In this document: positions 25,642 to 37,775 of the stretch, one piece after another
Position numbering within the stretch: the stretch's first letter is position 1
How the letters are laid out: each line of letters opens with the position of its first letter
NCBI RefSeq assembly: GCF_001194135.2
Contig: NC_068984.1
Location: 45,966,173-46,011,670 of the forward strand
Direction of reading: 5' to 3'
From: Octopus bimaculoides
Lineage: Eukaryota
DNA length: 45,498 nucleotides
Notes under the pieces: generated by a model
Database searches by the model: none
Told to the model about the DNA's origin: nothing
Seen by the model: the letters and a program-made list of their open reading frames with translations, nothing else
Translations under genes and position numbers: made by a program

Positions 25642-25975
25642 ATGTGTTTCTGAATGACTTGTTATGTCTTCATACTTCATACGATCTCATCTCCAAACAC
25701 TTGCTATATAAGTACATCTCCGTAAATAATATATGTTCCAGAGAAATAAGGAAATTATCTTAACTAGTGAGGAAAGACTTTCTTTTTACACAGAGCCCCA
25801 AAATATTTGTGATAATGTGATTACATCAGAAGTAATCATAAACTACTGACTTCACCTCAAAACTCTAAAACTCAAAGATTGAGCATGGGTGTAAAGTCAA
25901 ATCAACTGAACTCTACGCCAAAATTTTACAAATTCGAAAGGATGAAAGGCACAGCTGGCTTCAGAGATATGACAA

Positions 25976-26065
25976 CTTGATATAGTAACCGCTACCTTAT
26001 CCACCCAGATATCCGTATCACCAGTCTGTTTCATTTGTGATAAACAAAATATGAAATGGCAACAA
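25976..26065 (+). repeat. Copy 2 of the 90-bp direct duplication
   Basis: See 24095-24184. Confidence 0.9.
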
Positions 26066-26075
26066 GTGGAAAACC

Positions 26076-26113
<38 letters not shown>

Positions 26114-26114
<1 letters not shown>

Positions 26115-26895
26115 GGTATGGAAAACCTCTCAATGGCAAATACCCAAAGAGAGCGAATAATGCAGATATTGACAAAGCCCTTACCCACCAATGGTTAATG
26201 GCCTCTGGCTTGAAATCAGAAACAGAGGGGTTTATCATAGCAGCCCAAGATCAATGCATACCTACAAAAAACTACCAGGCCAACATATTAAAGAACGGCA
26301 GCTCCCCAGTATGTCGTATATGCCAACAACAGAACGAGACCATCGATCATGTTGTCTCCACGTGCAGTCTGCTTGCGCCCACAGAGTATCTCAACAGGCA
26401 TGATAGAGCTTCACAATATATTCACTGGGTAATATGCAAAAACCTGGACTTGCCCCATGATAAAAACTGGTGGGAACACAAACCACCCCCAGTACTTGAA
26501 AATGATCACATTGCACTCCTCTGGAACTTCACCATTCAAACTGACAGAAAGATAGACGCAAATAGGCCAGACATCATACTGAAAGACTTCAGACAAAAAT
26601 CATGCCTCCTCATTGATATGACTGTCCNNNNNNNNNNTATCCTACGTAAAATACTGTCTATGTGATCTCAAATTTTAAAGCAAACACATAATTTTCTTAT
26701 GGTTTCTTAAACATTCACTAGAACAAAACTGTACAAATCCAAATATATGGTATCCTAGGCATAACACCTACATGAACTTTTAACTTGTCTCTTGATGTCT
26801 CTGGGTGAGACTTGGATCCAACTTGTACAAATGCAAAACGAAAGTCAAACATAAAATAATAATAATAATAATAATAATAACAATAATAATAATAA
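26114..26895 (+). mobile_element. 5'-truncated R4/Dong-like LINE (family A): C-terminal ORF with CCHC knuckle, RHD motif and REL endonuclease, 3' UTR, (AAT)n tail
   Basis: Open frame to the gap: GKPLNGKY...ETEGFIIAAQDQ...CRICQQQNETIDHVVSTC...RHDRASQYIHW...RPDIILKD...LLIDMTV; after the small gap ILRKILSM* (stop 26663-26665); preceded by (AAT)n 26076-26113. Confidence 0.92.
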
Positions 26896-27178
26896 ACTCG
26901 AATGTGGAATCTAAAAACAGAAACAATTCCCATCATAGTAGCTGCCTTAGGTATAATAAAAAAATATTCAGACAAATACATAACAAAAACACCAGGACTT
27001 ACAAATATATATAACATACAGAAAATTGCACTACTGGGTACTGCACGCATTCTACGCAAAACACTTTCAATACAGTAAACATAAGAGCACCACAGCAAAC
27101 CACAGCACATACCCAAGGCCCACAGAGCTGCGCTCGGTAGTGAAGTGAAAGCACGTTATAAAAATAAAACTACTGAAC

Positions 27179-27252
<74 letters not shown>

Positions 27253-27256
27253 TAAT
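26896..27256 (+). mobile_element. 3' end of a second R4/Dong-like LINE family (family B) with distinct 3' UTR and (AAT)n tail
   Basis: Uninterrupted 60-codon frame TRMWNLKTETIPIIVAALGIIKKYSDKYITKTPGLTNIYNIQKIALLGTARILRKTLSIQ* (stop 27076-27078), matching the QK-x-x-LLGTA-x-ILR terminus of REL LINEs; tail about 27179-27256. Confidence 0.88.
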
Positions 27257-27275
27257 CATTGTTGTCAGTTGTAGT

Positions 27276-27492
27276 AAGGCGTGATCTGGCAGAATTTTTA
27301 GCACACCGGGGTTAAATGCTTAGCGGTATTTCGTCTGCCACTACGTTCTGAGTTCAAATTCCGCCGAGATCGACTTTTGCTTTCATCTCTTCGGGGTTGA
27401 TAAATTAAGTGCCAGTGAAACACGGGTCGATGTAATGGACTAGATCCTCCCCCCAAAATTCAGGCCTTGTGCCTATAGTACAAAAGATTATT
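27276..27492 (+). mobile_element. Near full-length tRNA-derived SINE (Deu/Nin-like core)
   Basis: AAGGCG...CTGGCAGAA A-box-like head, GAGTTCAAATTCC B-box at about 27350-27362, core CCGAGATCGACTTTTGCTTTCATCTCTTCGGGGTTGATAAA; multiple copies in the window. Confidence 0.85.
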
Positions 27493-27524
27493 ATCAGTTG
27501 TAGTCATAATAGTAGCTGAAATAG

Positions 27525-27665
27525 GTAGCGAGCTGTCAGTGTTGTGCTGGCGTCTGATAGAGTGCCTTGCGGTATTTGTACCAGCTCAGTGACTTCTGGT
27601 TTAAAACGCAGCCTAGATAAACTTTGCCTGTCTTTCACCATTTCAGGTTCAATGCATAAATTTAG
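27525..27665 (+). mobile_element. Highly diverged SINE copy
   Basis: GAGCTGTCAG...TTGCGGTATTTG...AACTTTGCCTGTCTTTCACCATTTCAGG; weak similarity to the adjacent copy. Confidence 0.4.
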
Positions 27666-29846
27666 AGCAGCGGAGATACTTTGAAATTTGGCTCCGATGC
27701 CAACAACGACATGGATATTAAGATTTATCGATTTTGACTTTCCTTTGAAAAAACATTAGTGACTTGAAAGGTTCAGATTTTTATGCTCCAGTATCGGATG
27801 GCCATATAAAAAATCTGGCCTAGTTTATTGTTTTGGAAAAGAAGTTTCCCAGTGAGGACATATTAAGCATTAGAAAACAATACAAATGGGCGAAAAACCA
27901 GCGTAAAACCAAAACAGCTCGATCAGTGTGGATAGGAGCTTTCTCTCAGACATGAGAAACAATAAGTTTAAATCCAATTCAGATGACGAAATGAATTTCT
28001 AACTAGGTTACATTCACACCAAATCATTTATATTCCTTGCACATCAATATACTGATTTGCAACCACTTGACCTTCAGGTCTGATGATGCCACCATCTTTG
28101 CCAAAAGGAAAAAAATCAGATTAAATAATATTAATCATCAAGATAATGCTTTTGTCTTTTCATTTGGCTTTAAATCTAATTAAAATTAATTAAAATTTCG
28201 GATTTGTTATCATTTGCGTTTGTCGTTAGTTGTTTCGTGTATACTTGTTTTCTCTTCTCCATTGTAGTGCTAAACTTAATCAAATGAATATATATTTACA
28301 TGTACTTAACTATTTTGTCTCATTCGGATGGCGTCCTTAGCTAATTTCCCGCAGTTATGTTGAGGGTTAAGGTGAACAAGTTCACATTGATTTCTCTTAG
28401 TCTTAGAGATCAAACATTTTCAAGGCAGGATGAAAGACAAATATGATTCAAACATAATTTAAAATGAGGACATGAATGGAGGAAAAACTAAAATGCTCGA
28501 ATACTTTCAATGCAGTGCTTTTAAGATTTCTACCAGCTCATCTCTTTGCTGTAGTTGTTATGAATTTACATGGATTTAATTTGCATTAGAAATCGTGTAG
28601 CAGATTTGGCACAGGAAGAACTTATACACTATTGTCCACATGAATGTGGAACATATAGAGAGTTAAATGATTTAGTGATAAAGTAATAATATTGATTGGA
28701 ACTTAGCAGTTAAACCTTTAGACGTTATTGTGATAGAACGTGACACAGCACTGAGTCTGAATACAACTACGTCTCAATTTTACTCTTTACTTGGGCCCAA
28801 TTAAATTTTCTAGATATAACGATATTATGTATCGAATCCTGTATATTGTTTTTATGTATTGTCTTTCAGAAAGTTGAATAGGGTTTTGATAAACAAATAG
28901 ATTTATTTACAGTTGGTCTAAATATAGATATTTGTGCTTAGAAGTAGGCATGAGCAACAACAACAATAACAGCAACAACAACAACGACGACGACGACGAT
29001 AGATGACCTATGAGTGGGCAAGAAGCTGAATAAAGAAAGTAAAAATATAATCACAAGAGATGTAAACAGATTTTATGCTGAATCTTGTATTATATGTCAC
29101 CTTGTAAAAACGATCGAGTTTAAGTCCTATAACTTTTACAAAAGTGAGTACTGTGAATCTGATGTCTTGTCGATTCACTATATCCAGTTAACCGAACACC
29201 TTATGGTTGTAGGATTATCTAGAGGTGTTCTTTTTAAATACTATTCAGCTTTATTACCACTCCATTTAACTTCCAATGGAATATCCGAACACCGTTATTG
29301 TATTTCATCTTGTAGTCCCTCGAATATTCATCCTATTTTCGAATACACAGATGAGTTAACATGAAGCCAATGCTTCCTTCGCTTCCTAGATAAACATTAA
29401 TAAAGACTTTTATGCATATCACAACTTGAAATAATCGAGTTCTCAGGGCTTCATAAATATTAGTTTAAGAACCTAAGGGTGAAATATTGTTATCTGATAA
29501 GATAATTTCAAACAATCACACTTTCAACTACATCCGTGAAAAAAGAAAAAAAAGTCAAAAATTAAGCTACCTTAGCATGCTACAGGGAAAGTAATATTGT
29601 ATAATGCAAAAGAAATATTTCAGATTCAACATTCCATTTTGTTTTCTAACTTTCGTATTGGCCACCACTAAAATATTTCTACTAAAGCATTTTTTAAGAC
29701 ATTATGACATTATTTTAACACCTTCAGTAACGTTAACACATTTGCTCTCAAAACAGCTAGCTTTGTTGTTTTTTTTATTTACCTATTTTCTCTATTTCAA
29801 CAAAGTAACAGCTGAAATGGGTGTTATGAATTTGAAACTCTATTTG

Positions 29847-29848
<2 letters not shown>

Positions 29849-29877
<29 letters not shown>

Positions 29878-29945
29878 CTTCTTCTTCTTCTTCTTCTTCT
29901 TCTCCTCCTCCTCCTCCTCCTCCTCCTCCTCTTCCTTCTTCTTCT
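29849..29945. repeat. (TTC)n/(TCC)n microsatellite
   Basis: Direct reading. Confidence 0.95.
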
Positions 29946-30119
29946 TTCTCTCCCTCCCTTTCTCTATATACATTCTTTATATTATGTAATGTATGTGCAT
30001 GTAAAACAACATATGCATACACACATATATGTACATATATATATATATACGTATATAACGTTCTGACAGTGGCGTCGGCGACGACAATAATGCCGACCAG
30101 TGTCGCCCTCGCTTTCCTT

Positions 30120-30290
30120 GAACAACGTTTGTGGCTGAGTAGAGGTACCCAAGGTAATTTTTTGGCGAAATCCGCATGAGTCACCTGTGAAAAAGCTAGA
30201 CTTTTGAATTACAGGCACACCTCATGTGATGGACTTCTATTCAGTTTCTGTCAACCCGGTTTTACTCACTAAGATTCAGTTCATCAGACA
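30120..30290 (-). mobile_element. Diverged SINE fragment related to 20425-20590
   Basis: GATGGACTTCTATTCAGTTTCTGTCAACC...ACTCAC resembles GATGGGCTTCCACACAGTTCCCATCTACC...CTCTC at 20427. Confidence 0.4.
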
Positions 30291-31369
30291 TCATTGTAAA
30301 ACTGTTGGACACTAGGGCGCGCTACACATTGAAGTTCTAGTACTTATTTATAACTACCAATAGCAATTAAATATCGGCAGCGATTTAAACGACTAAATAC
30401 TATACTGAATCGTTGGAATGGTACCGCCTATTTAAAACGGGTTTCGTATAGAGAATGGAAAAGCATATAAAAGTAAGTAGCAGAGAATTTTATCTAGAAT
30501 TCTATTGATTCTAAGATTCAATGTTTTCATTTCAAGCAAAATTTTTAAAGAGACAAAACACCTATTTGTAGAAACATGTATATGACAATAACGAAACGCA
30601 GTAAGAGCAAAACAATGCATTTTTATGTGTGTGTGTGTGTGTGTGTGTGTGCGTGCGTGCGTGTGCTTGCGCTCTGTGAAACGGGGTGGGGGTGAGTCAG
30701 AGAGATTGGGAGCGAGAATAGGTATAGAAGGAGTAGAATAAATAGAAGAGAAAGAGAGGGAGGAAGAAGATAGAGACACAAGTGAAACTTACACGATGTA
30801 GGTAAATCTATTGTGGATATATGCATTTGCAACCCTCCCTCTAGTAAGATTCAGAGAGCAGCAAGTTCTACAGAGGAACTCGCGCCTTCTTTCAAATTCT
30901 TATACATTACATAGACAATAAAAAACATAAGGTTTCTTTCCTGTGTAAACTACATAATGAATATGTACACGCACATGTACATATGTATTAAGTGTATGTA
31001 TATATATACATATACATACATATATATATATNNNNNNNNNNNNNNNNNNNNNNNNNNNNNNNNNNNNNNNNNNNNNNNNNNNNNNNNNNNNNNNNNNNNN
31101 NNNNNNNNNNNNNNNNNNNNNNNNNNNNNNNNNNNNNNNNNNNNNNNNNNNNNNNNNNNNNNNNNNNNNNNNNNNNNNNNNNNNNNNNNNNNNNNNNNNN
31201 NNNNNNNNNNNNNNNNNNNNNNNNNNNNNNNNNNNNNNNNNNNNNNNNNNNNNNNNNNNNNNNNNNNNNNNNNNNNNNNNNNNNNNNNNNNNNNNNNNNN
31301 NNNNNNNNNNNNNNNNNNNNNNNNNNNNNNNNNNNNNNNNNNNNNNNNNNNNNNNNNNNNNNNNNNNNN

Positions 31370-31404
<35 letters not shown>

Positions 31405-33014
31405 GTATGTGAATATGTATATACGTATGAATGTACATGCATCTGTGAAAAGGGAAAATAAAATACGTACACAACATGAATAATTAAAATATGCAACTGA
31501 GAAGCTGTGGAAATGAATAGTAAAGAGAATATGAACAGAAACTTTGAAAGTAAAGCAGTGCGTTCAGTATACGCCTCAAAGAAATCCACCATTACCGAAA
31601 CAGACAAAGCACTATACACACGCACACACAAGTGCGCATGCATACATACATACATGCATACATACATGCATGCTTACATACATAATAGATACAGGCATCC
31701 ATACATACATGCATGCATACATACATGCATTTTCTATGAGTATACGTAAAATATATATATCGATAAATACAATGGACATTTATACTTAGTATTCTAATAT
31801 CTTTACTTATAGACAATATTTAAAAAAAGAATTAATACTTTGAAATACATGCGTAAATACAGACATACACATACTTGTACACACTCATCTATACGTGTAT
31901 GTATTTTTCTGTGTATGTGTGTGCGTGCATGTATATAACTATTTATATATATATATATATATNNNNNNNNNNNNATATATTATATATATATATATATTAT
32001 ATATATTAGCTTAGGTATAATAGAATAATACATTATTCCAAGTACCCAATAACAAAAGCTATAATTTTAGTTGAGGATTAGACCTTTGTTAAAATGTATG
32101 AATGCTTTTGTTCGTTGTCAAACTTTGCATTGTTATTAACTCCTCCCCTCCTGCTCGTCCTGCACCTCCTGCTCCTCCTGCACCTCCTTATCCTCCTGCA
32201 CCTCCTCCTCCTCCTGCTCCTCCTCGCTTCTTTCTCTTTCCTGCTCCTCTTTCTCACCATCTCTGCCACAGTGTGTGTTTGTGTACATATATATATGATA
32301 CATATGTCTGTATACGTGCATATGTATGTATACATTTTTGACCGTATTCTCGTGGGCGAGACATTTTGTTGAACAAAAAAACGCTCATTTCTCGTTGATT
32401 CTGTCATGTGCAACTGAAGATGGCTACCAGTGGCTGCTGTGGTTCGATTTATGACGAATTGGAGGTTTGTTTTTATTTATCCGAAGGGAGTAATGTATTC
32501 TCGGTTACATATAGACCATAGAGTTTTGGAGAAGATCCATTGTAACGAGATTATTGGTTCCTTAGATACGCGCGAGCGTGTCCAGGTACGTGCACACGTA
32601 TATACATATACACACGTCCAGATCCGTGCACTCATAAGAAAGTGCAGGCTTCTTTTCTTTTGCTAATATGAAAAAGAGTGTGTATCACTATGCATCTACA
32701 TTTATCGTCTCTAGATGTATAGTATTATTAATAGATTACTATTTCCTTATATATATATATATATATATATATATNNNNNNNNNNNNNNNNNNNNNNNNNN
32801 NNNNNNNNNNNNNNNNNNNNNNNNNNNNNNNNNNNNNNNNNNNNNNNNNNNNNNNNNNNNNNNNNNNNNNNNNNNNNNNNNNNNNNNNNNNNNNNNNNNN
32901 NNNNNNNNNNNNNNNNNNNNNNNNNNNNNNNNNNNNNNNNNNNNNNNNNNNNNNNNNNNNNNNNNNNNNNNNNNNNNNNNNNNNNNNNNNNNNNNNNNNN
33001 NNNNNNNNNNNNNN

Positions 33015-33059
<45 letters not shown>

Positions 33060-33949
33060 CTGTGCCTTTGTGACAGTGAATGTGTGTGCTTGTGTATTAG
33101 AGGCCTATTAAGAAGCAACGGTGATTAATAAAGCTTTGTACTTAGCATTCAATATATTTGTGTACAATCATGCATAGAAAGATCTTCATCATAGTAACCT
33201 TCACCGGTCCAAAAATAGAAACTCTCCTTATTGAGAATGCGTGTGGTAATACATTAAGCTATGAATGATGTTATACGACTGTAGGTAAAATATTCCTGAA
33301 GTAAGTATCGTTACTCTTCATCAGTTATATCCAGGGAAATCATCGTTCGTGGCTCAATAAGAAATGCCGTTCTTATATGTAAACAGCAATCAATGAATTT
33401 GCTGGCGTGTGCAAAGCTTTGTCAAGCTGGAGTTAATTAATGCCATACTAAATAGCAATGATTATAATAAAGTTGTGTACATTTCTACTTAAGACATGTG
33501 CCTACGATCTAACAAAGTCTGCATCTATCTCTTTGAGAGACAAAGAGATAAGGAGACAGTAATAGGGAAGAGAGAAAAGACTATGAAAAAGACAGGAACT
33601 GAAAATAAAACTGAGGGAGAGGGGGAGCGATATACTTATATATTCGATTTATATATGCATTTATGTTGTCAGTATATTGTCAACAAAATATTTTAGCAAA
33701 TTTTAGGACACCTTTGATCTTAAAATAATGTTTGACGTTTGTTAATAGCCGGACTGGTGCATAAATTTGCAGGCTTTGTTACTGCTGTCATTGTAGTCAT
33801 TGCAGATACGTTTTGCTATTTTTTGTTGTGTTTTATCAGTGTTGCTATAGTTATTGTTTATTTTATGTTCTCGCCTAATTTAATACTAAGTCAATCGTTT
33901 CATTCATACTGACACAATGATGGAGATACACGAACTATACACAAACAAA

Positions 33950-33950
<1 letters not shown>

Positions 33951-34045
<95 letters not shown>
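33951..34045. repeat. (CA)n microsatellite
   Basis: Direct reading. Confidence 0.95.
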
Positions 34046-34047
<2 letters not shown>

Positions 34048-34769
34048 AACACACACAGACACGCACACAACACACACACGCACACAAACACACACACACA
34101 AACACACACAAACATAAATATGCACCGCAACACGGCTTTCTACTTATAGGCAGTAGCATAAATACTAAGCGTATCATAAAAAACCTACAGGAATGTATCT
34201 CTACCACTATCACAAAAAATAGTCAAAAAATATTGAAAGTGGAAGATAAAATAATGTAATTTATGACATTTTGTAAAACAAAAGGAAAAGAAAACAAACA
34301 TGTATTGTAATATAAATACAATTGTGGTCTTTATTGAAACACCGAACAGGAAACGAAGGACTGTCATAGTGAAATAGGCACATACAAAAAACAAAAAAAA
34401 GACAAAGCAACAAAATCGAGACAGTGAGGGACTCTTGAACATTTATATGGTTGGTCACCGACTGGAAATAGAGACCATGTTTCATTCAAACTGAATATAT
34501 TCTCGTAGAAAAGAAATCTATTAAAATACAGAGCCTGATTGTCGTTCACAGCCAGAGATAAATGACACGATGACTACTCCTAAAATGTGTTTGATAGGTG
34601 TACAATAAAAATAACAGCAAAAATAACAATACATGGAAGCCTCTAAGTGAACGTTTTACCTTCCAATAATAGAAATAAAGGCCCCATCAAATCACATTAG
34701 CGTATTGAAATTGATATATATTGGATAATGAAATAATAAATAATAGATAAACTATTTCTGAAATATCAA

Positions 34770-35960
34770 TTACAATTTTTCCAAATTGCTTAATATAACA
34801 ATTAAAAAACAATATCCAAGACACCACAAATATTATGAAATTTTTACTAGACATAACATTAGATCGGGTTATTGTCTTAGCCGCAATATTGCACAAATTA
34901 TAGCAGCACATAATGTTAAAATAATATCCAACTTTCACAAAAGCGATTACCATCAGAAAAGCGTAATAAATTTGAAGTATAGTAACGTCAAACGCAATAA
35001 AGAAACTCAAATAGAGGGGAATGCTAAGAAATTAAATGTCGTGGCAAGGGAAACAACCGAATTTAACATAAATAATAACGTCAAATCGAATAAAAGATCA
35101 CCTAGAAATAGAACAACGATAACGTTATCTAAAGAAGTAAATTGTTATAAAGAACTTGGTGGAAATGCATTTAATCCTACAATGAATGATCAAATAAACT
35201 AAATCTGGGGGAAATATGAAAGGCTATTTTTGCTATTGTTCTAAACGGGAATCCTGTTATGTGGAAAATAAATGTAAAACTAAAAATGTAATATATAGAT
35301 GTATAGTTACATCTGGGGGTAAGGAATTCTTTTACATCGGTGGGACATCATTAATTTTTAAGAGGAGATTGGCAAATCATTTGAATTCATTTAAAGACAA
35401 AAACATATTGTTCCAAATGAGTATTAGCAAATTAATCTGATCTTTTCAGGACAGTAACAAGGACTATGCGATTAAATGGGCATTCATTTGTACTGCAAAA
35501 CCATAAAGACCTGGAACCAATAGTTGTGACCTATGTTTAGAAGAATTTTACAGGATTTTCACATCCAAGGGTAATGTAATAAATTCTAGTCAGGAGCAAG
35601 TATTGAGATGCTTGCACACGAAGAAGGTCACATTTGCGAAGTATAAATGAATGGTTTCCATTTAAGCTATGCAAAGTTTTGAAATAATGGACTGAAAATC
35701 ATCATCCAATCAGAACTTGAAATAGAGATTGTTCGTGTCTGACTTAACGGACAACTTTAAATTATACAACGCAGAGTACATAAAAGAAAATCATTAAACG
35801 GCCATACCAAGGGATATCAAGTTATGACCACGAAGGAACTATACCGTTCTGTAGTAGGGTGGTTGCAATTGCAACGTGTGTTGGTCTTAAAATGCGGTAT
35901 ATAGTTAGAGAATTAAAGGTAATGCTATTACTACTTCGGTGTAATACTTACTGTTAATAT

Positions 35961-35965
<5 letters not shown>
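34770..35965 (+). mobile_element. Decayed Penelope-like element (Neptune-type), second family: post-RT region, Cys linker, GIY-YIG endonuclease, 3' region ending at (TA)n
   Basis: LLNITIKKQYPRHHKYYEIFTRHNIRSGYCLSRNIAQIIAAHNVKII (PLE post-RT block), CYCSKRESCYVENKCKTKNVIYRC...FYIGGTSLIFKRRLANHLNSF...SISKLI*...KW...CDLCLEE...N...E...RCLH; stop about 35650; (TA)n at 35966-36000. Confidence 0.85.
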
Positions 35966-36003
<38 letters not shown>

Positions 36004-36081
36004 GAAATTTTTCTTTTCGTAACCGATAACAGATATCTGTCATGAATGTCACATAATCTTATACGTAAGTGATCTTCTGTA

Positions 36082-36690
36082 TATAGTAGAACCTCAGTTT
36101 TCGAACAACTCTAATCAGGAATAAATCGTACTTTATCTCCTGTCTTTCTCATGTTCATTTAATACAGTAGTACCATGGTTTACTAACGCTTCTGAACACA
36201 AATAAATCGTGCTTTATANNNNNNNNNNNNNNNNNNNNNNNNNNNNNNNNNNNNNNNNNNNNNNNNNNNNNNNNNNNNNNNNNNNNNNNNNNNNNNNNNN
36301 NNNNNNNNNNNNNNNNNNNNNNNNNNNNNNNNNNNNNNNNNNNNNNNNNNNNNNNNNNNNNNNNNNNNNNNNNNNNNNNNNNNNNNNNNNNNNNNNNNNN
36401 NNNNNNNTGATAGTTAGCAAGGTGAGACACACATAAGAAAGAAGGAAACAAAGGACCACTGATGAGGTCACAGAAGTGTGACGAAAGAACTCTGGCCGAA
36501 ATAAGATTAAGATTAATGTAATATAAAGCTGAAGCAAATTAACACCAAATATACAGTGCGTGTGTTTTTATTTGCTAAACTGGCAATATGACCATCCCCA
36601 AGTACAACAGTATATATATATATATATATATACCTATAAAGCACGATATATTCGCGATCAGAGTTGTTCGAAAACCGAAGTACTTCTGTA
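36082..36690. mobile_element. pogo/Tigger-like non-autonomous element (MITE-like) defined by ~55-bp TIRs, with an extra internal TIR copy
   Basis: Left TA|TAGTAGAACCTCAGTTTTCGAACAACTCTAATCAGGAATAAATCGTACTTTAT (36082-36136) is the inverse of TATAAAGCACGATATATTCGCGATCAGAGTTGTTCGAAAACCGAAGTACTTCTG|TA (36635-36690); second left-type copy TA|CAGTAGTACC...ATCGTGCTTTATA at 36163-36218. Confidence 0.6.
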
Positions 36691-37694
36691 CTTGAAAAAG
36701 TCAAATCTACAAGGCATGAAAGTCGATGTGTTACAAAACAGTAGAGTAGACTTCCATGGACATCGAGACCTGATTAGAAGGAATTGCTTTTTATGATGTT
36801 GTTTTCAAGGTTTACTTTTATTTTAAGAGCAGTCAAAAGAGGGGTGCAATCCCCGAGACCTTTAGACTAGTGAATGGAGGCTTAATTTCCATGACTGATG
36901 CAACCCTTTAGAGAGTTTGAGAGAGGTACGAATTATCACCGAAAGTTTGATGTTCGGAGGAGGTATGTAAAGATGAAGCGTTTTCTTGAAGGCTAGCTAC
37001 AGTAAAGATGACAAGAAGAGAAACGAGTATGCAGAGTAGGCACTGTATTAAGAAATATAGAAATACAAAGGCAAGAAGAACAAATGTCATAGTACCTAGG
37101 ATAGGAAGGGTGGGGTACCTTTATTTTCTTTAAATTCTAAATATTTTAAATCATATCAAAATATAATAAAATGCTATAAAAATTTTTTTAGCAGTAACGG
37201 AGTGCTTCGACAATAATATTGTTTTTATTCACCTCTGATTTAAGAGTATTTTCGTCCCAGAGAGATGTCATTGCCAAATGGCAAAAGAAGCTGCCATTAC
37301 ACTTTTTCCTTCTTTATTTTCAGTTTATTTCAGTTTATTTAAATTATTATATCCAGTATCGTAGTCTATGAAGCCATCAGTTCTTCCTTCACCGGAGGCA
37401 TTTTCTTCAGTTTTTATTTGAAGAAATTTAATTCTGCTTTATTCCACTTGATCATGGATAAACTTTTATTTTATTCAATTTTACTCTTAAGCAAGGAAGT
37501 TTTTCTCCTGAAACGAATCTTAGATAAAGGCATGCCACTTTAGCATAATTATTTTTCAAATAGCATTTTAATCTACTTGAGCCAGCTCACGTGATCTGTA
37601 TATTTCTTTAAAATAAAATATCAATTTTTGGATAAGTTTCTTAATGATACCAATTTCTAACACTGACAGAAGGTCACCAATCTTAATCAGCCAT

Positions 37695-37775
37695 TTCCTC
37701 AGTATGTAAATGGTTTCTAATTTTATAGACCCCGGAGGGACGAAAGTCAAATTTGACTGCGATGGAATTTCCATT
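37695..37775 (-). mobile_element. SINE core fragment
   Basis: TTTTATAGACCCCGGAGGGACGAAAGTCAAATTTGAC...GGAATTT, reverse of the SINE core. Confidence 0.5.

Noticed and set aside
29014-29364. 116-aa ORF
   Set aside because: No family motif or splice support recognised.
32136-32270. Pro/Ala- or Glu/Arg-rich ORFs
   Set aside because: Degenerate (CCT)n repeat.
32409-32585. Possible plus-strand exons (MATSGCCGSIYDELE or ...LDTRERVQ|GTACGT) and a QWLLWFDL discoidin-like word
   Set aside because: Several mutually exclusive frames fit equally well; the discoidin-like word is on the opposite strand to the 42.4 kb candidate and is followed by a stop.
35690-35770. Hammerhead search in the second Penelope 3' region
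   Set aside because: CTGA and GAAA words are present but no consistent stems I-III.
36800-37060. Possible LINE APE-domain remnant on the minus strand
   Set aside because: Multiple stops and no intact SDH motif; part of the apparent similarity was the MITE TIR at 36635-36690.
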